Shown here one piece after another: positions 1-9,912 of a stretch of 64,000 nucleotides of DNA. The DNA is taken from contig JBITAJ010000025.1 in assembly GCA_044440125.1 (NCBI GenBank), positions 30,456 to 94,455 on the forward strand, read 5' to 3'. Below the pieces are notes generated by a model. That model was not told the origin of the DNA, did not search any database, and was given only the letters and a program-made list of their open reading frames with translations. The translations under genes were made by a program, and so were the position numbers. Position 1 is the stretch's first letter, and every line of letters starts with the position of its first letter. The DNA is from Sedimentisphaeraceae bacterium JB056 (GTDB taxonomy: Bacteria; Planctomycetota; Phycisphaerae; Sedimentisphaerales; Sedimentisphaeraceae).

Positions 1-1167
1 ATACCTGAAGTGGGTGGTGTTAGCGGCTTGCTGGATAAAGTGCCTCAGTCTCATTTTAGATGGTCTGATCTGGAAGCAAAACAGGTACTTTGGTTTTGGG
101 CTGTTGGAATATTCATTAATCAGTTTGTAGCCGCCAACAACGTGCAGGCAGGGTGTGCGAGATATATAACAGTGAAAAATGAACGTCATGCAAGAAAAGC
201 ACTTTTGATACCGTTCATAGGTATGCTTCTTTTGCCGCTTATTGCCTTCATACCTCCTCTTGCAGCAACATTTCTCATACCTGATATCGAAAATGTATAT
301 GCAGGGTTGAATAATCCCAGCGAGGCAGCTTATATCGCAATGGCGATGAAAGTTCTGCCGCAGGGGATGGTGGGGCTTTTGGCCAGCGCGATATTTGCCG
401 CGTCTTTAACGAGCATCAATGTTGTGTTGTCTGTCAACTCGTCGATATTCGTCAAGAATATTTATCACTCGATTATCCGAAAGGATGCCTCAGACAGAGA
501 GCTGCTTATCGCTGGCAAAATAACTGTTCTGGTTTTGGGCGCTGTGCTTTGTCTGGGAGGTATCAAATTCAACGACCTCAAAAGCATCCCGCTGTTCGAT
601 CTTACACTAATCGTCGCCGGGCTTATAGGCATGCCTCTGGTGATCCCGGTGTTCTGGGGGATAATCATCAAGAAGACTCCTTCATGGGCATCATGGACAA
701 CTGTTATTATCGGTTTTGCCGTGGCTGCATTAGTACAGTTTCTGCTTCCAATGGAATTTGTCGCCAATATCATAGGTCTCGACCGTCCGCCCTCAGATCA
801 GGAGATTCTGGATATGCGTTTTGCTTCCACCATAATAAGTGTGGCGGTCGTATGTACAGTCTGGTTTGTGGGGTCGAGAATTTTCTACGGCAAAGAAACG
901 GAAAAATACAAACGCGATGTGGATGAGCTTTTTGAACGTATTAATACGCCCATTGATGAAGTCAAAGAGGGCGTTGTTGATAATACATACTTTCAGGCAC
1001 TTACCGTCGGTATCTTATGCATGGTTTACGGGGCGGCAGTGCTGCTGTGCATGCTTATACCCAATCCGGTTGCAGGTAAGCTTTGTTTTGCCTTCTGCGG
1101 CGGCGGTATGATGATATTCGGCATCGGCTTTTATATCAAATCGAGATCGCTCAAACCTAAATTATAG
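1..1167 (+). CDS. Sodium:solute symporter family sugar transporter (5' part lies before the window)
   Basis: Frame is open from position 1; many TM helices; SSS-like segments (LPQGMVGLLASAIFAASLTSINVVLS, RYITVKNERHARKA). Confidence 0.8.
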   Translation: MPEVGGVSGLLDKVPQSHFRWSDLEAKQVLWFWAVGIFINQFVAANNVQAGCARYITVKNERHARKALLIPFIGMLLLPLIAFIPPLAATFLIPDIENVYAGLNNPSEAAYIAMAMKVLPQGMVGLLASAIFAASLTSINVVLSVNSSIFVKNIYHSIIRKDASDRELLIAGKITVLVLGAVLCLGGIKFNDLKSIPLFDLTLIVAGLIGMPLVIPVFWGIIIKKTPSWASWTTVIIGFAVAALVQFLLPMEFVANIIGLDRPPSDQEILDMRFASTIISVAVVCTVWFVGSRIFYGKETEKYKRDVDELFERINTPIDEVKEGVVDNTYFQALTVGILCMVYGAAVLLCMLIPNPVAGKLCFAFCGGGMMIFGIGFYIKSRSLKPKL

Positions 1168-1170
1168 TAT

Positions 1171-3513
1171 ATGAAAAATCTTTCAAAATGTCTGTGGTAT
1201 GATTCGCCGGCAAAGAATTTTAACGAAGCGTTGCCGCTTGGCAACGGCAGACTCGGTGCGATGGTGTACGGCGGAGCAGGTCGCGAAAAAATTGCCTTAA
1301 ACCACGATTCGATCTGGGCCGGCAGAGATGCAGTGCAGCCTTTACCGCAGGCTAAAAAGGTTTTGCCTGAGGTAAGACGGCTTTTATTTGAGGAGAAATA
1401 CCGAGAGGCGCAACGGCTGATAGAGGAAAATATGCTTACCGATTTCAATCAGCCCTATCTGCCGGCCGGAGATCTGCTGATCGATACCGACGGCATATAC
1501 GATATAACCGGGTATAAGCGGTCGCTTGATCTGACCACGGCGGTCTCGACCGTTGCGATAACAGACGCAGACAACCGCAGCCTGACGAGGGAGTGTTTCT
1601 GCTCTTACGTTGACGACGTGTTTGCTATGCGGATACACTCTGATAGTGAGATCGATAAGCTGATGTTTTCTCTTGATTCGCAAATGCGCCATAAAGTTCA
1701 TTGCGTTGACGGTGGTCTGATGCTTAAAGCGGATATCCCGATAAGCGTTATATGGAAAGAGATCGATGATACAGCGGCACCCGAGGATATTGTCAAATAC
1801 GATTCGTCCGATTGCCGCAGCTATGCCATCTCCATGCGTGTGTTGACGGAAAAGGGTGAAGTCGTTTGTGATGATAAACATTTGCAGGTTTGCAAGACTG
1901 ACGAGATAACAATCTTCCTCGCCGTATCGGTCGGTGAAGATAAGGATGCTGTTTGCACGCAGGCTTCATCTAAGCTTGATCGTGCTTTGTCAAAAGGTTT
2001 TTCCAGGCTTAGAGACGATCACATAAATGACTATCAACGCCTGTTCAAAAGGGTTACGCTTGAACTTGGCAGCGTAGAAAAAGAACTCAGCCGGCTTGCG
2101 ACTGACGAGAGGATCAAAAAACATGCCGTGAACAATGATACGCAACTTGAAGCTTTGCTTTTTGATTACGGTCGTTATCTTCTAATAGCCAGCAGCAGAG
2201 AAGGCTGCGAGGCGGCAAATCTGCAGGGTATATGGAATGAATCGATGCAGCCGCCGTGGTGGTCGAATTATACGCTCAATATAAATACCCAGATGAATTA
2301 CTGGCCTGCCGAAGTCTGCAATCTTTCAGAGTGTCATGAACCATTATTCGAACTTGTCAGGCAGCTTAGCGGCAGCGGCAGAAAAACTGCCGAAATACAT
2401 TACGGATGTAAAGGATGGACTGCCCATCATCAAACCGATTTTCTAAGGCAGACTACGCCGGTGGGTAAGCTTAAAGGCAGGGTGAACTACGGAGCCGCTC
2501 AGTATGCCATGTGGCCGATGGGCGGGGCGTGGCTTTGCACCCACCTGTGGGAACATTTTCTCTATACGCAGGATATAGCGTTTCTTGAAAAGCACTGGCC
2601 GGTAATTAAGGATGCCGCCGTCTTTTTATTAGACTGGCTGGTCTTATCACCTGATGGACGGCTGGTTACCGCACCTTCTACTTCACCGGAGAATATGTAC
2701 AAGCACCCCGGTGGTTATCTCAATTCGGTATGCATCAGCTCGGCTATGGATATCTCGATCGTAAATGAGCTGTTTGATATCTGCGTTAAGGCTTCAGATA
2801 TATTGGAGCTTGATGATATTATTATATCTGAAATTAAAGAGGCTGTTAAACTTTTGCCTGAGATAAAGATTACAGATAGCGGCGAGATAATCGAATGGAA
2901 CGAGAACTGGGAGCAGGGCGAGGCGAACCATCGACATCTCTCGCACCTGATCGGCCTTTATCCGTTTGCGCAGATAACCAAAGATGTTTCTCCGCAGCTT
3001 GCCCGGGCGGCCCGGCGTTCATTGGAGCAGCGAGGTGATAAGGGTACCGGCTGGTCGCTGGCGTGGAAGGTATCTTTGTGGGCTCGTCTTAAAAATGGGA
3101 ATCGCTGTCACAAGTTGATTGGGGATTTATTCAGTGCCGTGCAGCCGAATACCGATCTTGATTATCACTCCGGAGGCGGGCTGTATCCGAATATGCTTGC
3201 TGCGCATCCGCCGTTTCAGATCGATGCCAATTTTGGGTTTACCGCGGCGGTGGCTGAGATGCTTGTGCAAAGCCATAATGGAAAGATATGCCTGCTGCCT
3301 GCTTTGCCGGATAAGTGGAAAACCGGAAAAGTTTGCGGCTTAAGAGCCCGAGGCGGCATTACGGTTAATATCGAATGGAAAGATAATAAGCTTGCCGAAG
3401 CGAAGTTGTACGGCTCGTTTGAGTCGGATGTTGTCGTACGTTATTGTGATAAGGAGCTTGATATAAAGCTCGGTTCTAATAAAACGGTTTTGATAACCGG
3501 TTGTGATTTTTGA
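1171..3513 (+). CDS. GH95 family alpha-L-fucosidase/galactosidase, no signal peptide
   Basis: ALPLGNGRLGAMVYG, GRYLLIASSR, ANLQGIWN, YTLNINTQMNYWP, HRHLSHL, HPPFQIDANFG, LLPALP motifs. Confidence 0.92.
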   Translation: MKNLSKCLWYDSPAKNFNEALPLGNGRLGAMVYGGAGREKIALNHDSIWAGRDAVQPLPQAKKVLPEVRRLLFEEKYREAQRLIEENMLTDFNQPYLPAGDLLIDTDGIYDITGYKRSLDLTTAVSTVAITDADNRSLTRECFCSYVDDVFAMRIHSDSEIDKLMFSLDSQMRHKVHCVDGGLMLKADIPISVIWKEIDDTAAPEDIVKYDSSDCRSYAISMRVLTEKGEVVCDDKHLQVCKTDEITIFLAVSVGEDKDAVCTQASSKLDRALSKGFSRLRDDHINDYQRLFKRVTLELGSVEKELSRLATDERIKKHAVNNDTQLEALLFDYGRYLLIASSREGCEAANLQGIWNESMQPPWWSNYTLNINTQMNYWPAEVCNLSECHEPLFELVRQLSGSGRKTAEIHYGCKGWTAHHQTDFLRQTTPVGKLKGRVNYGAAQYAMWPMGGAWLCTHLWEHFLYTQDIAFLEKHWPVIKDAAVFLLDWLVLSPDGRLVTAPSTSPENMYKHPGGYLNSVCISSAMDISIVNELFDICVKASDILELDDIIISEIKEAVKLLPEIKITDSGEIIEWNENWEQGEANHRHLSHLIGLYPFAQITKDVSPQLARAARRSLEQRGDKGTGWSLAWKVSLWARLKNGNRCHKLIGDLFSAVQPNTDLDYHSGGGLYPNMLAAHPPFQIDANFGFTAAVAEMLVQSHNGKICLLPALPDKWKTGKVCGLRARGGITVNIEWKDNKLAEAKLYGSFESDVVVRYCDKELDIKLGSNKTVLITGCDF

Positions 3514-3539
3514 TGTTAATATTGCTGAAAGGAGCAGAT

Positions 3540-5873
3540 ATGTATCGAGTGAAATTTGTTGCGTCTTTTTTAATGTTGTGTGGTTTTCTTATGGCCGATA
3601 CGCAAAGAAGTGATTTTGCAAAGGCTTTAGAGCTTCTGGATACCGGAAAGCCGGAGCTTTCGAGCGTGCAGACATCAATAGAACAAGGTAATGAGCGAAG
3701 AGCTTTTGAACAATATAAACATATTCTCGTCAATAGGGTTTCGGGTTTCGATTCGGTAAAAGATTTTAGCTACTGGCTCTATGGACCGGCAAACGCTGAC
3801 GAACTGCTTGAGGGCATCCTCACCACCCAGCAGTACGGAAAGCCGGTAAGAACCATCGCAAAGATCGGCATGCCCGGAAGTGTGCAATGGTACAGGGTGC
3901 CCGATGACGGCTATACGACGCTTCTTCGTGATATCACTACGATGCACTGGACGACCAAGCTTGCGGAAAAATACCGGCAGACCGGCGATCTCCGCTATCT
4001 CAAAGCCTGGCAGGGATACTGGGACGACTTTGTAACCAACTGGCCCGCTGAATACGAAAAAGCCAAAAGGAACCCTGAGACCATGGCACTTGTGGAGAAG
4101 CAGTCGATCAAATGGAGCGATATCGCACTTTATATAGGCTGGAGGCTGGAGAGCTTCGAGCAGGCCTTCAATGCAGTTTGCCACAGGGCGGTAAAGGACG
4201 GGGTTATAAATGAGATCGATAGTGAAAAGCTGGCTCGTTTGCTTGTCCATCTCGACACATTCGAGGCGGCGAAAGGTATCGGTTGGATAGAACGCGACGG
4301 CGGTGTACCAAATCAGAGGGTACATTGCGCTACGGCTATGTTCGAACTTGGCGTTTATCTAAGTGATTTTGAGAATTCAGGTAAATGGCGTCAGCTTGGT
4401 GTTAAGGAAGTGCAGAGAAGCGGCTTTCTACCTGACGGTACCGATATGGAGCAGAGCCTCAATTACAACAAGGGACTTGTAAAGACAATTGATAAGTTTT
4501 TGCATATGTCCGCCATGCTTCCCAAGAGTGAAAAGGGCCCGTGGCTTGATAATCTCAAGCATATGTATAAATATCGCTATTATTATCTCCATTCAATAGT
4601 CAAGCCTGACGGATCCCAACCGATCATCGGTAAGAACAACACGTGGCGAAAATATGATGAAGATGTAAAGGATATGCCGGGGCTTACTTCCGACCTTCTG
4701 ATAGATGACTTCTCTATGTTGCCTCTATCCAAAACTATAAATGAATATATCTATCAGAGTAAAGATGTTTCTCCTCCGGCTTTCGACTCTATATATTTTC
4801 CCTACGGTGGTTATGTTGTGCTTCGTGATGGTTGGGATTCTGACAGTTTATACTGTTTTATGAAGACTTCAAGACCTGGTAACGGACATATGAAAGAGGC
4901 CGGAAACGGCATCGAACTCTCGGCACTAGGTGCCAACCTGATAGTCAATTCCGGCGGAGAGCTTTACAATCCCGATCTGAAGCATAAGGGTTTCTGGTAT
5001 TCGACCTCCGCTCAGAACTCGATCAGCGTAGACGGCTACAGTCAGGACCTGAAATATGAGCAGGATGTACCGGTAACTTATAAGGAGCCCATAAATGCCA
5101 GGTTCCTTGCAGGCGATAATTTCGATTTTATCGAGGGTAAGTTCCGCGGCGTTTACGCGGGCTGGAATTTCAAAAAGCACGGCACGAATGTGGAGAATTA
5201 TTATAAGCTTGAAAAAGACGTTGTTATAGACGATGTAACCCACGATCGCCAGGTGATCTTCCTCAGGCACGAAGGCATATTCATCGTAACCGACATAATC
5301 GACAGCGCCGGCGAGCATAAATTTACGCAAAGCTGGCTTCTGGCTCCCGAGTTCACGCCCGGAATGGTTGATTTTAAGTACAATACTATCACCGCCACCC
5401 GTGATAACGGGGTGAGCCTGGTTATGTATCAGTCAGGCATCGGGAATATTGAATACGCCAAACCTTATGGCGTGATGGAAGAGGATCAGATTATCGGCTG
5501 GCTCGGAAAGGCTGTTGATGAAAAGACTGGAGAGTTCTCGCCGGCTGTAGATGTTTTGTGTGAGTGGAGTGGTACTGGAAAACAGGTGCTGATAACTGTA
5601 ATCGTGCCTTACAATAATACGACGCCTGTTTCAGACTTTACGTCACGTAATAATGGTTTTGAGATGAAGCTTGCTGATGGCGGCAATATATCTTACCGTT
5701 ACGGAAGTTCAAGCGGCGTGGAAGCCGTATGCCAAAGTGGAAACTGCATCCTTACCCTTAAAGAAGACAACGTTTTTGAAACAGATTCGCAAGGGAAAAA
5801 GGTGAAAGCTATAAAGCCCAATACCTTTAAATGGGAAAAAACTTCCCAGGGCGAAATGCCTGTCTACAATTGA
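3540..5873 (+). CDS. Heparinase II/III-like polysaccharide lyase (PL12-like), secreted
   Basis: AAGGAG RBS before ATG 3540; signal peptide; LPDG..EQS.NY, YFPYGGYVVLRDGW, GH, NSISVDG, HDRQVIF motifs. Confidence 0.75.
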   Translation: MYRVKFVASFLMLCGFLMADTQRSDFAKALELLDTGKPELSSVQTSIEQGNERRAFEQYKHILVNRVSGFDSVKDFSYWLYGPANADELLEGILTTQQYGKPVRTIAKIGMPGSVQWYRVPDDGYTTLLRDITTMHWTTKLAEKYRQTGDLRYLKAWQGYWDDFVTNWPAEYEKAKRNPETMALVEKQSIKWSDIALYIGWRLESFEQAFNAVCHRAVKDGVINEIDSEKLARLLVHLDTFEAAKGIGWIERDGGVPNQRVHCATAMFELGVYLSDFENSGKWRQLGVKEVQRSGFLPDGTDMEQSLNYNKGLVKTIDKFLHMSAMLPKSEKGPWLDNLKHMYKYRYYYLHSIVKPDGSQPIIGKNNTWRKYDEDVKDMPGLTSDLLIDDFSMLPLSKTINEYIYQSKDVSPPAFDSIYFPYGGYVVLRDGWDSDSLYCFMKTSRPGNGHMKEAGNGIELSALGANLIVNSGGELYNPDLKHKGFWYSTSAQNSISVDGYSQDLKYEQDVPVTYKEPINARFLAGDNFDFIEGKFRGVYAGWNFKKHGTNVENYYKLEKDVVIDDVTHDRQVIFLRHEGIFIVTDIIDSAGEHKFTQSWLLAPEFTPGMVDFKYNTITATRDNGVSLVMYQSGIGNIEYAKPYGVMEEDQIIGWLGKAVDEKTGEFSPAVDVLCEWSGTGKQVLITVIVPYNNTTPVSDFTSRNNGFEMKLADGGNISYRYGSSSGVEAVCQSGNCILTLKEDNVFETDSQGKKVKAIKPNTFKWEKTSQGEMPVYN

Positions 5874-6036
5874 GGTGGTGATTCCCTGTTAAACACGGTG
5901 AAAGTTGTTTTGTCCATATGAATGTTCGTTTTGTGTATTTTGTTGTGCTTTAATGCTGTTATAGTACGATTGTATTGTGCTAAAACGTGCAGTTATATAA
6001 AAAGGGCATTGTAAAATAATAAAGTTAGGGAAGCGA

Positions 6037-7551
6037 ATGAACAGACGTGATTTTCTGAAAAAAACAGCGTTAGTCGGCGTTTCGGCCGCGTTGGGCGGAT
6101 GTCTTGGACCCGTAGAATGGAAAAAAGATTCTAAACCGAACGTTCTTTTCATACTTGTCGATGATTTAGGGGCAAAAGACCTGGGCTGTTACGGGAGCAG
6201 TTTCTATGAGACTCCGAACATAGATGCTCTTGCTGCAGCAGGGATGATGTTTACCAACGCGTACGCCGCCAGTCCGGTTTGTACGCCAACACGTGCCAGT
6301 ATTCAGAGCGGAAAGTATCCGGCAAGAATAGGTATCAACTTTATACTCAATGATGGGCTTAAGGACCCGAGTTATCCGCTTTGCCCGCCGCATTGTGAAA
6401 CGGAGATGAAGCTTTCGGAAGTAACTCTTGCTGAAACTCTTAAAACAGACGGCTACAAGACATTTTTTGCAGGTAAATGGCATCTTGGTGAGGAAGAAAA
6501 ATACTATCCCGAGCAGCAAGGCTATGACATAAACTACGGCGGTCACAAGGGCGGACAGCCGGGTAGCTATTTCTATCCCTACGAGAATGACTTTATGGAT
6601 GGATATTTCAATGTGCCTGATCTTGAAGATGGTGAAGAAGGTAAATATCTTACTGATCATCTTACTGATAAAACCGTTGAGTTTATAAAAAATAATTCAG
6701 ACAACAGCTTTTTTGCTTTCATGTCGTATTATTCGGTACATACTCCGCTTGAGGCAAAGCCCGATCTTGTTGAGAAATATAGACTCAAAGCTGAAAAAAT
6801 GGGACTTGGCGGTGAGGTGCCTTTTGAGGTTGAGGAAAATGCCTGCGATGACTACAGAACACCAGAATTTGAAAAGATCTCTTACACAAGAACAAATCAG
6901 GCTCACGCCGTTTATGCAGCTATGATTGAAAGTGTTGACCAGAATGTCGGCAGGTTGCTTAGATGTCTTGAACAAGAGGGTTTGGCAGATAATACTGCTG
7001 TTATATTATTCTCTGATAACGGTGGACTCAGCACTCATACTCATCGTCCGCTCGAAAAAATGCCGACATCGAATTATCCGCTTCGGGCCGGTAAAGGCTG
7101 GCTCTATGAGGGCGGCATAAGGGAGCCTTTGATAGTCCGCTGGCCCGGCGTTGTTAAGCCCGGCAGTTACAATGATGAGCCGGTTATAAGCGTCGATTTT
7201 TATCCCACAGTTATGGATATGGCCGGCATAAAGAGTACGCCCCAAAAGCTCGACGGTGTGAGCCTGATGCCCCTTCTTACCGGCAGAAAAGAACTCGACC
7301 GCGATGCGATATATTGGCATATGCCTCATTATCATTCCTCAGGGGTTTGCCCATCGGGGGCGGTTCGCTGGAAAGATTATAAATTGATTGAATACTTTGA
7401 AGATAGTAGGGTTGAACTTTTCAATCTCAAAGATGATGAATCAGAGCGAAATGATATTTCAGGCAAAAGACCTGATATCGCGGCCCTGTTGAAAACGAAG
7501 CTTGAGAACTGGAGAAAAGATGTTAACGCAGCGATGCCGGTTAAGCAATAA
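6037..7551 (+). CDS. Cys-type sulfatase with Tat signal and lipobox-like Cys
   Basis: NRRDFLK...ALGGC N-terminus; PNVLFILVDDLG, CTPTR, GKWHLG, SDNGG. Confidence 0.93.
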   Translation: MNRRDFLKKTALVGVSAALGGCLGPVEWKKDSKPNVLFILVDDLGAKDLGCYGSSFYETPNIDALAAAGMMFTNAYAASPVCTPTRASIQSGKYPARIGINFILNDGLKDPSYPLCPPHCETEMKLSEVTLAETLKTDGYKTFFAGKWHLGEEEKYYPEQQGYDINYGGHKGGQPGSYFYPYENDFMDGYFNVPDLEDGEEGKYLTDHLTDKTVEFIKNNSDNSFFAFMSYYSVHTPLEAKPDLVEKYRLKAEKMGLGGEVPFEVEENACDDYRTPEFEKISYTRTNQAHAVYAAMIESVDQNVGRLLRCLEQEGLADNTAVILFSDNGGLSTHTHRPLEKMPTSNYPLRAGKGWLYEGGIREPLIVRWPGVVKPGSYNDEPVISVDFYPTVMDMAGIKSTPQKLDGVSLMPLLTGRKELDRDAIYWHMPHYHSSGVCPSGAVRWKDYKLIEYFEDSRVELFNLKDDESERNDISGKRPDIAALLKTKLENWRKDVNAAMPVKQ

Positions 7552-7564
7552 TGAAAGGATAATA

Positions 7565-8905
7565 ATGGATAAACCGAATATAATACTTATAACATGCCAC
7601 GATATTGGACAGCACTTAGGCTGTTACGGTGTAGATACTGTTTGCACTCCTGCGATAGATGAATTTGCTTCCCAAAGCGTTCGTTTCGAGAACAGCTTCT
7701 GTACCGCCCCGCAGTGCAGCCCCAGCCGTGCCTCTATCTATACCGGCAGGTATCCGCACAACAACGGTGTAATGGGATTGACGCATTTTAATTTTGCTTG
7801 GGACCTCAACCCCGATGAGAAACACCTCAACGGCTACCTTCAGGATGCAGGCTATACGACCGCCCTGATAGGCGTGCAGCATGAGACGCGATATCCCGAG
7901 AGAATCGGCTACGACTTCTTCAAAGCCGCCGGTGTTGATGCCTCCAGCGGAAAATTCGGTGAGCAGGACGGTTACGACGGCAATCCTCCCTGCGAGCTTA
8001 TTGCTGAAGATTCCGCCGATTATATCAAACGGCACGGCGATTCGCAGAAACCGTTCTATTTGCAGATTGGGTTCTTCGAACCGCATCGTAATTTCGATTT
8101 TGGCGGTGCAAAGCCCGACAGCAGTAAAGGTGTTTTCGTGCCGCCTTATCTCGTAGATGAGCCTTCTGCGAGAGATGAATTTGCTGAGTTTCAGGGGGCT
8201 ATAAAGAAGGTTGACACGGCGATAGGAAATATCTTCAAAGCCGTTGATCAAGCCGGACTGCGTGATAATACTATCGTGATCTATACCGCTGACCACGGCA
8301 TACCGTTCCCGCGTGCCAAATGTACCCTTTATGATGCGGGGTTGCAGGTGCCCTTTATTATCCGCTGGCCGCAGAGAGATTGGCAGGGCGGCAGGGTGCA
8401 GGAAGAGATGATTTCCAATATCGATTATGTGCCGACTTTGCTTGATGCTCTTGGAATTGATGTGCCTGAAAATGTGCAGGGCAGAAGCTTTACCGGTTTG
8501 CTTGACGGTAGTGATTATGAGCCTAATCAGGAAATTTACGGCGAACTCACTTATCACGAATATTATGATCCAATGAGATGTATTCGCAACGCTAAGTATA
8601 AGCTGATAGCTGATTTTTCTTCGGCTCCTCTGATAATGAATCCATCGCAGACGTATCGTCCTAATACCATAACTGTAGAGCCGGAAGAGCCTTCATGGGC
8701 ATATAATGATTATATACAGCTTTATGATTTAGAGAATGATCCTTACGAGCAGAACAATCTTGCTGATGATAAGAGTTTTGCGGAAATTAAAAAAGAGCTT
8801 TCCAAGAAACTGCTCAAATGGATGCATGATACAGATGATCCGCTTCTTAAAGGGGCTGTTACTTCACCGCACCATTTTAAGGCTATGGATTTACTTAAAA
8901 GTTAG
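7565..8905 (+). CDS. Cys-type sulfatase, sulfamidase (N-sulfoglucosamine sulfohydrolase)-like, no signal peptide
   Basis: PNIILITCHD, CSPSRASIYTGRYPH.NG..GL.H, EPHR, ADHG.PFPRAK.TLYD.G; GAAAGGA RBS before ATG 7565. Confidence 0.88.
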   Translation: MDKPNIILITCHDIGQHLGCYGVDTVCTPAIDEFASQSVRFENSFCTAPQCSPSRASIYTGRYPHNNGVMGLTHFNFAWDLNPDEKHLNGYLQDAGYTTALIGVQHETRYPERIGYDFFKAAGVDASSGKFGEQDGYDGNPPCELIAEDSADYIKRHGDSQKPFYLQIGFFEPHRNFDFGGAKPDSSKGVFVPPYLVDEPSARDEFAEFQGAIKKVDTAIGNIFKAVDQAGLRDNTIVIYTADHGIPFPRAKCTLYDAGLQVPFIIRWPQRDWQGGRVQEEMISNIDYVPTLLDALGIDVPENVQGRSFTGLLDGSDYEPNQEIYGELTYHEYYDPMRCIRNAKYKLIADFSSAPLIMNPSQTYRPNTITVEPEEPSWAYNDYIQLYDLENDPYEQNNLADDKSFAEIKKELSKKLLKWMHDTDDPLLKGAVTSPHHFKAMDLLKS

Positions 8906-8941
8906 ACTGTTTCAATTGAATTTAAAGACCAATTAGTAACC

Positions 8942-9880
8942 ATGACAGATAATTGTGATTTACCAAATATGCTTTTTGCTCCTCCCGGAGAATATATCAA
9001 GGATCATAGCCTGATTTTTGAAGGCGGGCGTTGGCACTTTTTCAGTATTTCGGGTCAAACTGGCCGGTGCTGGTTAGATAAGGGCAGCGAGGAAAGCATT
9101 TCCCACAGCAGCTCACCCGATCTGGTCAATTGGGTTATGCACGGTCATCCGGTCAAGGCAAGCGGTAAAGACGGCTATAATGATGAGCATATGGCTGTGG
9201 CTCCGCATGTCGTAAAAGCCAATGATGGTCTTTTCTATATGGCATATTCCGGTTGGCGGCATCCAAACAAACGCCCGAATTTCAATTATGAAGGCCATCT
9301 GGAAAGTATTTACATGGCTGTCAGTAATGATCTTTTCAATTGGAATATTCCCGAACATATTGAACCTTGCGGAATAACCGTAACTAAGGGTGAACCCATA
9401 AAGGGGCGTGATCCTCATTTGTTCTTTGATGCAAAGGATGAACGCTGGCTCCTGTACTATACCCGTCAAACAGATAATGCGCCGTTCTCTGTCGGCGTTG
9501 CTCAAAGCAGGGACCTCAATACATGGGAGAATATGGGCGATGCGATCGTTATCCAAAGCGGTGATTATATTTTTAATCCTTGTGAAAGCCCGTTTGTTTT
9601 GAAGCACCCCCTCAGCGGTAAATATATTCTTCTGCTCAATTGGGATTACAGCATAAGTGAGGACCCGTTAAGGTTTGATTCGCTTACACCGCTCCCTTTT
9701 AAGGCGGGTATTGTAAAAAACGAATATACCTGGGAAGGTGTGGGTGCCGGTTTTGCCAGAGAAGTAATAAGCCATAACGGCCAAAATTATTTCTCAGGAG
9801 TTTTGGGGCCTGATGGTTATTTCAAATTAGGTTTTACGCCTTTTAGGTGGACCGATGAATTTCTCGAATTGGAAATTTAA
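8942..9880 (+). CDS. Five-bladed beta-propeller glycoside hydrolase (GH32/GH43-like)
   Basis: IKDH, VAPHV, GRDP and CESP segments give the D/D/E pattern; repeated S.DL..W Asp-box-like turns. Confidence 0.7.
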   Translation: MTDNCDLPNMLFAPPGEYIKDHSLIFEGGRWHFFSISGQTGRCWLDKGSEESISHSSSPDLVNWVMHGHPVKASGKDGYNDEHMAVAPHVVKANDGLFYMAYSGWRHPNKRPNFNYEGHLESIYMAVSNDLFNWNIPEHIEPCGITVTKGEPIKGRDPHLFFDAKDERWLLYYTRQTDNAPFSVGVAQSRDLNTWENMGDAIVIQSGDYIFNPCESPFVLKHPLSGKYILLLNWDYSISEDPLRFDSLTPLPFKAGIVKNEYTWEGVGAGFAREVISHNGQNYFSGVLGPDGYFKLGFTPFRWTDEFLELEI

Positions 9881-9912
9881 TGAGTGTTTCATATTATAAA
9901 TGCAGGATAAAA

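Noticed and set aside
7616..8557. 313-aa antisense ORF
   Set aside because: Shadow of the sulfatase on the opposite strand; no motifs
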